From NCBI GenBank assembly GCA_024275415.1, contig JAJRZD010000077.1, positions 1-32,000 on the forward strand: a stretch of 32,000 bases of DNA. Reading direction: 5' to 3'. Every line of letters starts with the position of its first letter. The first letter of the stretch is position 1. Both the position numbers and the translations under genes were made by a program. Origin of the DNA: an archaeon (GTDB taxonomy: Archaea; Asgardarchaeota; Thorarchaeia; Thorarchaeales; Thorarchaeaceae). Below the pieces are notes generated by a model that was not told the DNA's origin, did no database searches, and worked only from the letters and a program-made list of their open reading frames with translations. Shown here one piece after another: positions 9,792-17,414 of the stretch.

Positions 9792-11168
9792 TCAAACGTT
9801 TTTTACCTCAACCATGGAGGCCATAGATTCAGGTTGGATCAACATCTGTCCATCCACTAGTGGGACTTCTCCCAATTGTCCGTTCATGAGCGCAGCATAT
9901 GCTTCCATGTCGAAGTGTCCATGTCCTGAAAGACTGAAGACGATGACCTTCTTCTCGTTCGATTCTCTGGCTCTAATCGCTTCATCGACTGCAGCCTTGA
10001 CAGCGTGGGCTGATTCGGGAGCAGGGATTATCCCCTCTGCGCGAGCGAACAGCAGCCCTGCGGCCAATATATCCGTCTGTTCGAAGGATCGTGCGGTGAT
10101 TCGCCCTTGGTTGAGCAATGCGCTGATTATCGGCGCGACCCCGTGATATCGCAGTCCACCAGCATGTATCTTTGGTGGTGTGAAGTCAGCTCCCAGACTA
10201 TGCATCTTCAACTTGGGCGTTAATCCTGCGGTATCGCCAAAGTCGTAACAATACTCGCCTTTGGTAAGTGTAGGACAAGCAGTCGGCTCAGCTGCAATTA
10301 TTTTCGTATTCCTATATTTCTTGTCAGCTATGAATGGGATAGTGATACCTCCAAAGTTGCTTCCGCCACCAACACATCCTATGATAATGTCCGGGAATGT
10401 ATCGATTTTCTCAAGCTGTGCCATCGTTTCCTGGCCGATGATTGACTGGTGCAGGAGCACATGATTCAAGACTGATCCAAGCGTGTATTTCGTGTTGGCG
10501 TGGGCAAAAGTATCCTCCAGTGCCTCGCTTATAGCAATGCCCAACGTCCCGGGATGATTTGGATGCTCAGTATTGATCTTTCTGCCGAACTCGGTGAGCG
10601 TGGATGGGCTCGGGACAACCCTTGCTCCATAGGATCTCATGAGGGCTCCCCGGTACCTCTTCTGCTCATAACTCACTCGGACCATGTAGACCATGGCCTC
10701 GATGTCAAAGTGGGCACAAGAGAGCGCGACAGCACTTCCCCACTGTCCAGCCCCTGTTTCTGTCGCCAGCCGTTCGATACCCTCCTTTTTTGCATAGAAC
10801 GCTTGAGCCAATGCGGTATTTACCTTGTGACTTCCTGTAGGTGTCACATCCTCTCGTTTGTAATATATCTCAGCTGGCGTCTTTAGTAACCTCTCCAATC
10901 CAATCGCTCGTTGCAACGGAGTTGGGCGTCCATACCTTACCAAACCCTCTCGCACTTCAGCAGGGATATCTATTCGCTTTCTGTCTGAAACCTCTTGTCG
11001 CACACATTCCTTCACAAAGATACTTTCCAGTGCTTCTGGTGGAAGAGGCTCTCCCGATGCAGGGTTGACAGGTGGTGGAATTGGTTCCTTGAGGTATGGA
11101 ATGACATTTACATATTGCCGAGGCATGTCTTCGATATCAAGTAGGATTCTAGTTATTGTGTTGTCCAT
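9792..11168 (-). CDS. trpB2: Tryptophan synthase beta chain, type 2 (stand-alone TrpB2)
   Basis: PLP-lysine motif [40 protein letters not shown] and LSGHG. No trpA is adjacent. Confidence 0.95.
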   Translation of the reverse strand: MDNTITRILLDIEDMPRQYVNVIPYLKEPIPPPVNPASGEPLPPEALESIFVKECVRQEVSDRKRIDIPAEVREGLVRYGRPTPLQRAIGLERLLKTPAEIYYKREDVTPTGSHKVNTALAQAFYAKKEGIERLATETGAGQWGSAVALSCAHFDIEAMVYMVRVSYEQKRYRGALMRSYGARVVPSPSTLTEFGRKINTEHPNHPGTLGIAISEALEDTFAHANTKYTLGSVLNHVLLHQSIIGQETMAQLEKIDTFPDIIIGCVGGGSNFGGITIPFIADKKYRNTKIIAAEPTACPTLTKGEYCYDFGDTAGLTPKLKMHSLGADFTPPKIHAGGLRYHGVAPIISALLNQGRITARSFEQTDILAAGLLFARAEGIIPAPESAHAVKAAVDEAIRARESNEKKVIVFSLSGHGHFDMEAYAALMNGQLGEVPLVDGQMLIQPESMASMVEVKNV

Positions 11169-11169
11169 T

Positions 11170-11300
11170 GTACAATCTCCTAAGAAGATAATATAGAGTG
11201 CCCACCTTCAAGGCCCCCTCACAACCCGTTGAACGCATACTATGTAAAAACAGCCTAACTGGTAGGGTTCCCCCGTCCGACTGATGGCTGTGAGAGGATA
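11170..11300 (-). promoter_or_regulatory. Putative structured 5' leader of trpB2
   Basis: A 12-bp long-range stem (11286-11297 with 11215-11226) pairs fully only on the minus strand, using two G.U pairs. There is a competing partner at 11250-11255 and an internal GGG-GGAA-CCC hairpin. Confidence 0.35.
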
Positions 11301-11506
11301 GTTCGCTGGTTAATTGTGAGAAATATTTAGGATGAGCTAAACGGGTCCCATCGGACCCTCGTGCCATTGGCCAAATTCACCAGTTCTCACGACTTTTCAT
11401 TCCTTGAAGGTGGTCATCATGCAGAAGGGCATGCCGTTAATAAGGATTACGCATAATCATCCACTAATGTACGTTTTAATACATCGATGATGACATATGT
11501 TGACCA

Positions 11507-12220
11507 TCACCTATGGATCGTTACGGGCTTGATATCGGGTGCATTACGCCAGCGGTTGTTGTATTCATTGGTCGGGCTGCGCGGTGCACGATCATCACCC
11601 CATCGCCCTTTGAAATCGTAGAAATTAGCACTCTTGAGCTCAACGAGGTTGGTTTCGGTCGTCCATATCTCCCCCTCATCTGCAATCTTGTCACAGAGGA
11701 TTTTCCCGACACAATACGGTTTGCTATCAGGTCTTGGATAATGGGCATGTGATCCGAGTGCCACCCATGCATGGATGTGATTTTCATCTAGTATTGGCTC
11801 TTCGGGCTCGAACCCAGGTAGAGTCATGTCAGCAGGGATGGAAGCCTGTCTAGCAGTCAGATGGTTTGAGAGGAGCCAGATGATCCTGTCCTCGGAGTAT
11901 ATTCTGACCTCGATATGTTCCCAATCACCCAAGTGTTCACCGAGACCTAATGGAGCACGAGGGAACCTGTTGTATTTGTACCAGAACCAGTATCGAATCT
12001 GCATCATGTTCTCATCAGTCCAGCTCTCAAAATAGCAGGGCGTTGACTGTACAAGTGTTGACGGAGCCAATTGTTTTTCAAAGGCGTCCCATCTGTTATT
12101 AAAATCAGAGTAGACCTGCTCTGCATCACTTGGGAAACAGCAGTACTCTCCTTCGTGTGGATGAAAGTGTAGGATTGGAGCGAACTGCCTCACTAGTGTC
12201 TTGATGTCATCATTTACCAT
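11507..12220 (-). CDS. Vps62-like protein
   Basis: FAPILHFH, YWFWYKYN, HLGDWEH, ALGSHAHY and FKGRWG motifs, characteristic of the Vps62/NPP1-like family. Confidence 0.8.
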   Translation of the reverse strand: MVNDDIKTLVRQFAPILHFHPHEGEYCCFPSDAEQVYSDFNNRWDAFEKQLAPSTLVQSTPCYFESWTDENMMQIRYWFWYKYNRFPRAPLGLGEHLGDWEHIEVRIYSEDRIIWLLSNHLTARQASIPADMTLPGFEPEEPILDENHIHAWVALGSHAHYPRPDSKPYCVGKILCDKIADEGEIWTTETNLVELKSANFYDFKGRWGDDRAPRSPTNEYNNRWRNAPDIKPVTIHR

Positions 12221-12304
12221 TTTATATCATCACCTCGATTTGAGCGTGTCCTTTCCATCTCTATTCTTGAAGATGCCTGCAATCGGTTATAAGAATCGTT
12301 TGAA

Positions 12305-13468
12305 TCACACCTGTCTTGTTGTGACCCCGCCCGGAATCGAGATCTTAGTGACAGTGGGAATATTTCCCGTCTGGCTTTCGTATTCTCTTGAAATAGTATC
12401 CATGAACGTACGCATGTTCCTCTCCTTGACTAATGCGATGATATTTCCCCCGAGCCCAGCGCCAGACATGCGTGCACCCAATACGCCATCAATTCTACTT
12501 GAAGATTCAACTAGGAGGTCTAGATTCGGATGTGATACCTCGTATAGGTCACGTGAAGACGCATGGGACTCTTTCATGAGTTCACCAAATCGTGCCAAAT
12601 CTCCTTCTTTAATTACTGCAGCTCCCTCCTTGACACGTGCATTTTCCATCACGATATGTCTGACACGATCGCTCTCAGTTTCATCGAGGATGTCATCTAC
12701 CTGAACAAGCTGGGCGTTGCTCACCTCGCTTAGACTGTGGATGTCCCATCCGCTTTCTTGCAAATGGTTCAGGGCCTTGATGCACTCACTTCTTCTTCTG
12801 TTGAGCACATCGCTCGCCTCCCTTGAAACCATCGAATCAATCACAACAAATGACGCTTCAAACTCGAATGGGATGTCGTAGGTGTGCATACTTCTACAAT
12901 CAATCCCTAGCAGGGCGTCTGATTTTCCAAGCTGCGATGAGAACTGGTCCATTACTCCGCACGAGATACCACAGAACACCCTCTCAGCTTCGAATGCTAG
13001 CATTGCTGCTGATTTGGGTCGTATACGCAATCCATTCAATGCAGAGATGAGGTTGAGAAGTGATACTTCCAACGCTGCGGACGAGCTCAATCCTCCTCCA
13101 ATAGGGATATTTCCATGAACCACCGCAGAAACGCTTCTGAAGTCGTATCCTCTTCTAGCGAGTGCCCACAGAACCCCTTTCACATATTTCTGCCATGTGT
13201 CGTCCGGCTCTAAGACTATCTGGATTGGATCCACGGAGAGGCTTTCATCCATATCCAATGCATACAGTGTGGTTCGCTCTGACAGTGTTCCTACCGACCA
13301 GATGTATCTGTCAATTGTGGCTGCAAGCACGAAACCTGCATTGTAATCAGTGTGATTCCCGAGCACCTCGATCCTTCCTGGTGCCCTTGAGCAATACACA
13401 TCCTGCCCTGATACATCCACTAAGTCTGAGAGATAATGAATCATACCCTCAAGCGTAATCGAATTCAT
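12305..13468 (-). CDS. galK: Galactokinase
   Basis: RAPGRIEVLGNHTDYN, GHMP motif PIGGGLSSSAA, CGVMDQ and GARMSGAGLGG. ATGA overlap with the galT stop. Confidence 0.95.
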   Translation of the reverse strand: MNSITLEGMIHYLSDLVDVSGQDVYCSRAPGRIEVLGNHTDYNAGFVLAATIDRYIWSVGTLSERTTLYALDMDESLSVDPIQIVLEPDDTWQKYVKGVLWALARRGYDFRSVSAVVHGNIPIGGGLSSSAALEVSLLNLISALNGLRIRPKSAAMLAFEAERVFCGISCGVMDQFSSQLGKSDALLGIDCRSMHTYDIPFEFEASFVVIDSMVSREASDVLNRRRSECIKALNHLQESGWDIHSLSEVSNAQLVQVDDILDETESDRVRHIVMENARVKEGAAVIKEGDLARFGELMKESHASSRDLYEVSHPNLDLLVESSSRIDGVLGARMSGAGLGGNIIALVKERNMRTFMDTISREYESQTGNIPTVTKISIPGGVTTRQV

Positions 13469-14043
13469 ATAGCGTCCCTCAGCTCTTTTGCCTTCTCTTC
13501 AGGAGAAGAGTCATTTGTGAATGTCCATGCCCCCGATTCGACACCTGCTAAGTATTTCAACCGTGCCCTGTCTCTCCAAGGCGGATAGAACTCCACATGG
13601 AAATGCCAGTAATCGTGATTGCCCCGCGTTGGGCGTGTGTGAAGAACCATCACATATGCCAGCTCGTCAAAAACCGCAGCAAATCGTTTGATCGTATCCG
13701 CAATGATCTCCCCGAACTCTCCGATGGTATTTTCAAGATCGCTGATACTCTGGACATGCTTTTTTGGATAGATATGTACCTCGTAAGGAAGTCTGGCCCC
13801 ATATGGGATTAGGGATATGAAGTGTTCGCTGTCATTGATCACCCGCTCCCTTGTCTTTAGCTCATTCTTAATGGCGTCACAGACAAGACAGAGACCCACT
13901 TCATCAAGGTAGTGCTTGAACTGATCAATCTCGGTTCTGACACGTGGGGGGATGAATGGTAGCGCATATGCCTGAGCATGAGGGTGGTTGAGGCTGACCC
14001 CGATTGCTTTCCCTCTATTCTCGAACTCCAGCACATATTCGAT
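13465..14043 (-). pseudogene. galT: Galactose-1-phosphate uridylyltransferase, 3' fragment (interrupted by insertion)
   Basis: IEYVLEFENRGKAIGVSLNHPHAQ (HPH nucleophile motif) and HFHVEFYPP...KYLAGVESG. It joins the 5' fragment in frame when 2119 bp are removed. Confidence 0.93.
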
Positions 14044-14126
14044 ACCCCCTCGTCCTACTGCTACGAATTGCCAACGGCTTACCCCGTTCGTTGGCAACTT
14101 TGCAGGACGGACGAAAGGGAGGGGGC
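14044..14126 (-). ncRNA. Candidate 83-nt hairpin RNA (or ssDNA hairpin) at the distal end of the insertion
   Basis: Three stacked stems of 7, 8 and 11 bp with three G.U pairs that work only on the minus strand. It starts about 24 nt downstream of a TATA box and ends on the junction T. Confidence 0.5.
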
Positions 14127-14149
14127 GACTCGATAGCACTTTTTTCATC

Positions 14150-14157
14150 TTATATAA
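14150..14157. promoter_or_regulatory. Palindromic TATA box TTATATAA (potentially bidirectional) inside the passenger DNA
   Basis: Self-complementary 8-mer, 24 nt from the hairpin 5' end on one side and 29 nt from ATG 14186 on the other. Confidence 0.5.
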
Positions 14158-14185
14158 TCCTCACGCTGTGCCAGGACAGGTGGAC

Positions 14186-14305
14186 ATGCCTTGGAGAAAC
14201 GACGACTATACTTTCCAGTTCGAGGAGGAAGAGGAGGTCGCGGCTGTCATGGACGACGACGGGGAAGTGCTTGCCGTCGCCTATAGAGACCCTGACTTTA
14301 TCGAC
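14186..14305 (+). pseudogene. 5' fragment (40 codons) of an acidic foreign-looking gene, truncated at the IS607 right end
   Basis: AGGTGG RBS-like site, then MPWRNDDYTFQFEEEEEVAAVMDDDGEVLAVAYRDPDFID. 14 of 40 residues are D/E and 8 of 8 Asp codons are GAC. The coding character stops at the CC core (14305-14306). Confidence 0.55.
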
Positions 14306-14480
14306 CGTTGCCCGAAACTTACCCAAATGGGACAGTATTCCCAATGGTGTTCGGTTCCTGATTCATCGAGGTCTGCTCGGTTGTCAACCCCGAAGGATCG
14401 ACTAGGAGTCTCGTGTCCTCTCCACAGGCGTTTTGTGTCTCCGTCCAACTGGCGGCGACCAGATTATTCGCAGCATTCAA
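14285..14480 (-). ncRNA. Predicted TnpB omega RNA (scaffold overlapping the tnpB 3' end plus about 20 nt of guide); boundaries approximate
   Basis: Inferred from the known IS605/IS607 architecture, where the omega RNA overlaps the tnpB 3' end and the right end and the guide is the flanking DNA. Not directly observed. Confidence 0.55.
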
Positions 14481-15548
14481 GTCACGGTCAATGACCAGTC
14501 CACATTTCTCACAGACATATGTTCTGTCTGACAGTGTGAGATCCGTCTTGATATGACCGCAACCTGAACACATCTTACTCGATGGGAAGAACCTCGGAGC
14601 TATCACCAACTCAGAGCCATACCATAGGCTCTTGTACTCTAGCTGTCTTCTCATCTCCCAAAATCCCACGTCAGCGATGTTTCTCGCAAGTCTATGATTC
14701 TTCATCATCCCAGACACATTCAAGTCCTCAATCACTATCCGGCTGTGGTTCTTGGCCAGTCGTGTTGTCATCTTATGAAGTGTGTCTTGTCTGATATTAC
14801 GGATCTTGAGGTGAAGTCTAGCCAGTTGTCTCTTGGCCTTCTCTCGGTTCTTAGAGCCTTTCTTCTTTCGTGATAGTTGCCGTGATAATCTCCTCAACTT
14901 TCGTAGTCTGCTGTCCAATGCTCTGGGATTAGAGAACGTTTCTTTCTCAGATGTCACAGCCAGACGCTTGATCCCTACGTCAACTCCAATAGCAGGGCCA
15001 TCATTTATCGGGACTTCAATCTCTTCCTCTACAGCCACAGAAACGAACCATCTATCTGCTGTTCTTGAGATTGTGGCCGATAGGATTCTTCCAGAATGAT
15101 ATTGCTCTCGTTTCTCCTTGATGCGTATCCTACCGATTCTTGGAAGTTGTATTGTATGTCCAATAAACCTGATCGTCCCAGTTAGTCGGAAACTATCATG
15201 TACTCCTTTCTTTTTGAACTTCGGAAAACCAGCATTCTTCGCTCCATTTCTAATCCTACGAAAGAAGTTCTTGAACGCCTTATCAAGATCCCTTAGAGCC
15301 TCTTGTGGTGCACATTTGGAACATTGATACATCCATGAGAACTTGGTTTTCTTCAGACTGTTCAAAAGTTTATGTTGTTTCATGGCATCAGTGAATCTGT
15401 TATTCCCTTGGTTATTCTTGTATAGAGTGATACGTTGCTCAAGACCCCAGTTATATGCGAACCTTGCTACACCAGCATGTCGTGAAAACATTGTCCGTTG
15501 TTCATTGTTCGGATCAAGTTCATATTTGTATGCCATGAAGACCATCAA
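14319..15548 (-). CDS. tnpB: TnpB RNA-guided endonuclease (IS607-associated)
   Basis: N-terminal AYKYELDPN...AGVARFAYNWGL. RuvC D (GVDVG), E (IVIEDL) and D (DRDLNAA) are all intact, with a zinc finger CSGC...CEKC. Confidence 0.95.
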   Translation of the reverse strand: MMVFMAYKYELDPNNEQRTMFSRHAGVARFAYNWGLEQRITLYKNNQGNNRFTDAMKQHKLLNSLKKTKFSWMYQCSKCAPQEALRDLDKAFKNFFRRIRNGAKNAGFPKFKKKGVHDSFRLTGTIRFIGHTIQLPRIGRIRIKEKREQYHSGRILSATISRTADRWFVSVAVEEEIEVPINDGPAIGVDVGIKRLAVTSEKETFSNPRALDSRLRKLRRLSRQLSRKKKGSKNREKAKRQLARLHLKIRNIRQDTLHKMTTRLAKNHSRIVIEDLNVSGMMKNHRLARNIADVGFWEMRRQLEYKSLWYGSELVIAPRFFPSSKMCSGCGHIKTDLTLSDRTYVCEKCGLVIDRDLNAANNLVAASWTETQNACGEDTRLLVDPSGLTTEQTSMNQEPNTIGNTVPFG

Positions 15549-16108
15549 CCTTTTTTAGCAGCCTCCAATGCCCGTTTAGCACGATTCCTTGCAGAGCGCT
15601 GTCCATATAATCTTGCACAGAAACTTGTCAGAACATCAATCATATCTTGAACAAGGTCATTAACACATTCTGTTTGGTTTATTACTCTGATCTCTCTACC
15701 ACATGATTCAAGTGCATGAGAAATATATTCAAAACCAAATCTTGTCAGTCTGTCCTTATGCTCTACGATTATGATAGATGCAGACGGGTCCTTCAATATG
15801 TCCAACATCTTCTTTCGTTTCCCGTTCATTCCAGAACCGATCTCTGTTACCTCTTTTATGATTGTTAGACCATTAGAAGCAGCATAATCCCGAAGTCTTT
15901 GTAATTGTCGTATCAGATCTTCCTTTTGAGATGTAGAAGAAACACGGGCATAAAGAACAGCATTATTTGTAATGGTTGGGATCTCATGGACAAGAATAGT
16001 ACCCGTTGCTAGTTGTTCTGTTGGTCTTGGAAGATTTCCAGACCTATACAAACGGTAGGCTGTTTTATAATCAATCCCATGTTTTCTTGCCCAATCAGAT
16101 AGTTTCAT
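15545..16108 (-). CDS. tnpA: IS607-family serine transposase TnpA
   Basis: N-terminal MerR-like HTH (MKLSDWARKHGIDYKTAYRLY), catalytic YARVSS, EIGSGMN, EHKDRLTRFG and DVLTSFCARLYG. Confidence 0.95.
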   Translation of the reverse strand: MKLSDWARKHGIDYKTAYRLYRSGNLPRPTEQLATGTILVHEIPTITNNAVLYARVSSTSQKEDLIRQLQRLRDYAASNGLTIIKEVTEIGSGMNGKRKKMLDILKDPSASIIIVEHKDRLTRFGFEYISHALESCGREIRVINQTECVNDLVQDMIDVLTSFCARLYGQRSARNRAKRALEAAKKG

Positions 16109-16126
16109 GTATATCAATCCATATTA

Positions 16127-16143
16127 GGTATTATTTGGTATTA
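16127..16143 (-). repeat. IS607 left-end direct repeats (TAATACC x2, 10-bp period)
   Basis: GGTATTA occurs at 16127-16133 and 16137-16143 on the + strand. IS607 TnpA is known to bind short direct repeats in the left end. Confidence 0.5.
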
Positions 16144-16162
16144 ATCTTTTCTACTGTTGTTA

Positions 16163-16522
16163 ACCCTCTTTTGCCTCAAGATCATTGAATACTCTGATAT
16201 ACTCCCGAAAGACCTTCTCCAATTGAGCCCTATCCATCATCTCAATCTGTCTGTCGTGTTCACGGGACTCGATGATGACCTTACAGTACCCGTGCGCACT
16301 GGTTCCTATGACCAATTCTGAGTCCAAACGTACAGGGTGATCATCGGGCTGGAGCGCAGCATACCTGTTTTTGAGAGTAAGAACCTCCCAGTCGCCTTTG
16401 GTTTCCGGTTGTCCTGGGCAGAAGGGACAAGGTCTCTTTTCGTCCTGAAACGGTCGTGTCGCTCGGTTAGGTGTCACAATGACCCATTCACCAAGCATGA
16501 TATTCCATCGGAGTTCAGCCAT
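16163..16522 (-). pseudogene. galT: Galactose-1-phosphate uridylyltransferase, 5' fragment (120 codons, then a stop supplied by the IS left end)
   Basis: MAELRWNIMLGEWVIVTPNRATRP, CPFCPG, NRYAAL and GYCKVIIESREH are GalT N-terminal motifs. Confidence 0.93.
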
Positions 16523-16623
16523 TGCCTGCACCAATCTCTTCCTTTTCATTTCGCAAGTAGATTGATTAAGGTGACGCAAGGCACCATTGCTGTGAACATT
16601 CACTGACTCTTTGGTGGTACCTG

Positions 16624-17379
16624 ATGAACCAAGATCTCGTATTGCAGATTGAGCGCATAAATGCCGATATGTGGGTTGCAGAAGAGAACCACACGTTAGG
16701 TGGTTGGGTGTTGCGGTCGAATAGGGATGTGACATGGCGAGCCAACAGCGTTCTGCCCATGTCCTCACCCGGAATTGGACTTGACGAAGCAATCCACTAC
16801 TGTGTCGATTTCTATAAATCAAGGGATATCACCCCAAAATTTCAGCTTACCGAGTTCAGCCAGCCATTGGGACTTGATTCCATCCTTGAGCAGAAAGGAT
16901 GGAGGAAAGGGATTGAAGTGGACGTCCAAACGAAAGACATCAGCAAGTATGAGCCTATGTCATTAGAATATCAGGTGGACATCCTTGAAAGTCCCAGTTC
17001 GGAATGGCTAGATTGCTTTTTTGAGGGCACAGGGCATGATTCTCACGATCTTGAAGTGCGGCGTGAACTCATGCTTCGTTCCAATGTCCACAAGGCGTTT
17101 GCTCAGATTAGGGTCGGTGACGTCGTAGCATGTGTCGGAGTTGGGATGGCATTGGATGGATGGATTGGTCTTTTCCGAATTGGCACAAGACCCCATTTCA
17201 GGAGGCAGGGCCTTGCCCAAAGACTCAGCGAAGGGCTTCTCGAATGGGGATTGAGCAAGGGTGCATTTCGCGCCTTTCTACAGGTCGAGTCTGACAACGA
17301 CCACGCGAAGAAGCTCTACGCCAAGCTAGGTTTTTCCTCGCTCTACATGTACTGGTATCGTTATCTTCCTGATGAATAG
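16624..17379 (+). CDS. GNAT family N-acetyltransferase (tandem GNAT-type)
   Basis: TWRANSV; acetyl-CoA motif IGTRPHFRRQGLA; AFLQVESDNDHAKKLYAKLGF. Confidence 0.92.
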   Translation: MNQDLVLQIERINADMWVAEENHTLGGWVLRSNRDVTWRANSVLPMSSPGIGLDEAIHYCVDFYKSRDITPKFQLTEFSQPLGLDSILEQKGWRKGIEVDVQTKDISKYEPMSLEYQVDILESPSSEWLDCFFEGTGHDSHDLEVRRELMLRSNVHKAFAQIRVGDVVACVGVGMALDGWIGLFRIGTRPHFRRQGLAQRLSEGLLEWGLSKGAFRAFLQVESDNDHAKKLYAKLGFSSLYMYWYRYLPDE

Positions 17380-17414
17380 CAGGTATGGCGGAGGCTGTTT
17401 CTCCACCATTAGAA

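Larger units (their letters stand above)
14045..16165 (-). mobile_element. Composite insertion: IS607-family element plus about 258 bp of passenger DNA
   Basis: Flanked by the same GGGT on the minus strand (ACCC at 14044-14047 and 16163-16166), which includes the GG core typical of IS607. Removal restores galT as ...AKE-G-IEYV.... Confidence 0.9.
14305..16165 (-). mobile_element. IS607-family insertion sequence core (tnpA-tnpB)
   Basis: Serine-recombinase tnpA overlaps tnpB by ATGA. The left end GGTTAACAACAGTAG is followed by TAATACC direct repeats. The sequence ...GGGTAAGTTTCGGGCAACGG just after the tnpB stop resembles IS607-type right ends (recalled pattern). Confidence 0.85.

Noticed and set aside
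11255-11300. + strand TAGGGTTCC resembling ykkC-type or FMN riboswitch fragments
   Set aside because: The remaining conserved elements are absent, and no + strand gene lies downstream.
11149-11367. Trp attenuation leader peptide for trpB2
   Set aside because: The ORF has no Trp codons and overlaps the gene start out of frame.
14044-14126. Hairpin as a tRNA, or a hammerhead, twister or HDV-like ribozyme
   Set aside because: There are no D or T arms and no GTTC. There is no CUGAUGA despite a GACGAAA on the + strand, no twister UAA cleavage context, and no HDV-type P3/L3.
13465-14148. 227-aa ORF as an intact gene
   Set aside because: Its first 34 codons are passenger hairpin DNA fused to the galT 3' half.
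13988-14494. 168-aa + strand ORF as a full gene
   Set aside because: Only 14186-14305 has coding-like bias; the rest is antisense to galT, the hairpin and tnpB.
14045-16165. Insertion as an IStron (group I intron-containing IS607) that is spliced out of galT mRNA
   Set aside because: The left end is only about 57 bp before the tnpA ATG, with no room for a group I core, and I see no P7-like conserved elements in the passenger.
14030-16180. Archaeal bulge-helix-bulge intron at the insertion junctions
   Set aside because: The nucleotides that would form the central 4-bp helix are G-rich on both sides (GAGG versus GGGG) and cannot pair in any register of the GGGT repeat that I tried.
16523-16822. 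N-terminal 100-aa extension of the galT 5' ORF (16160-16822)
   Set aside because: It overlaps the divergent GNAT gene, and GalT homology starts at MAELRW (16522).
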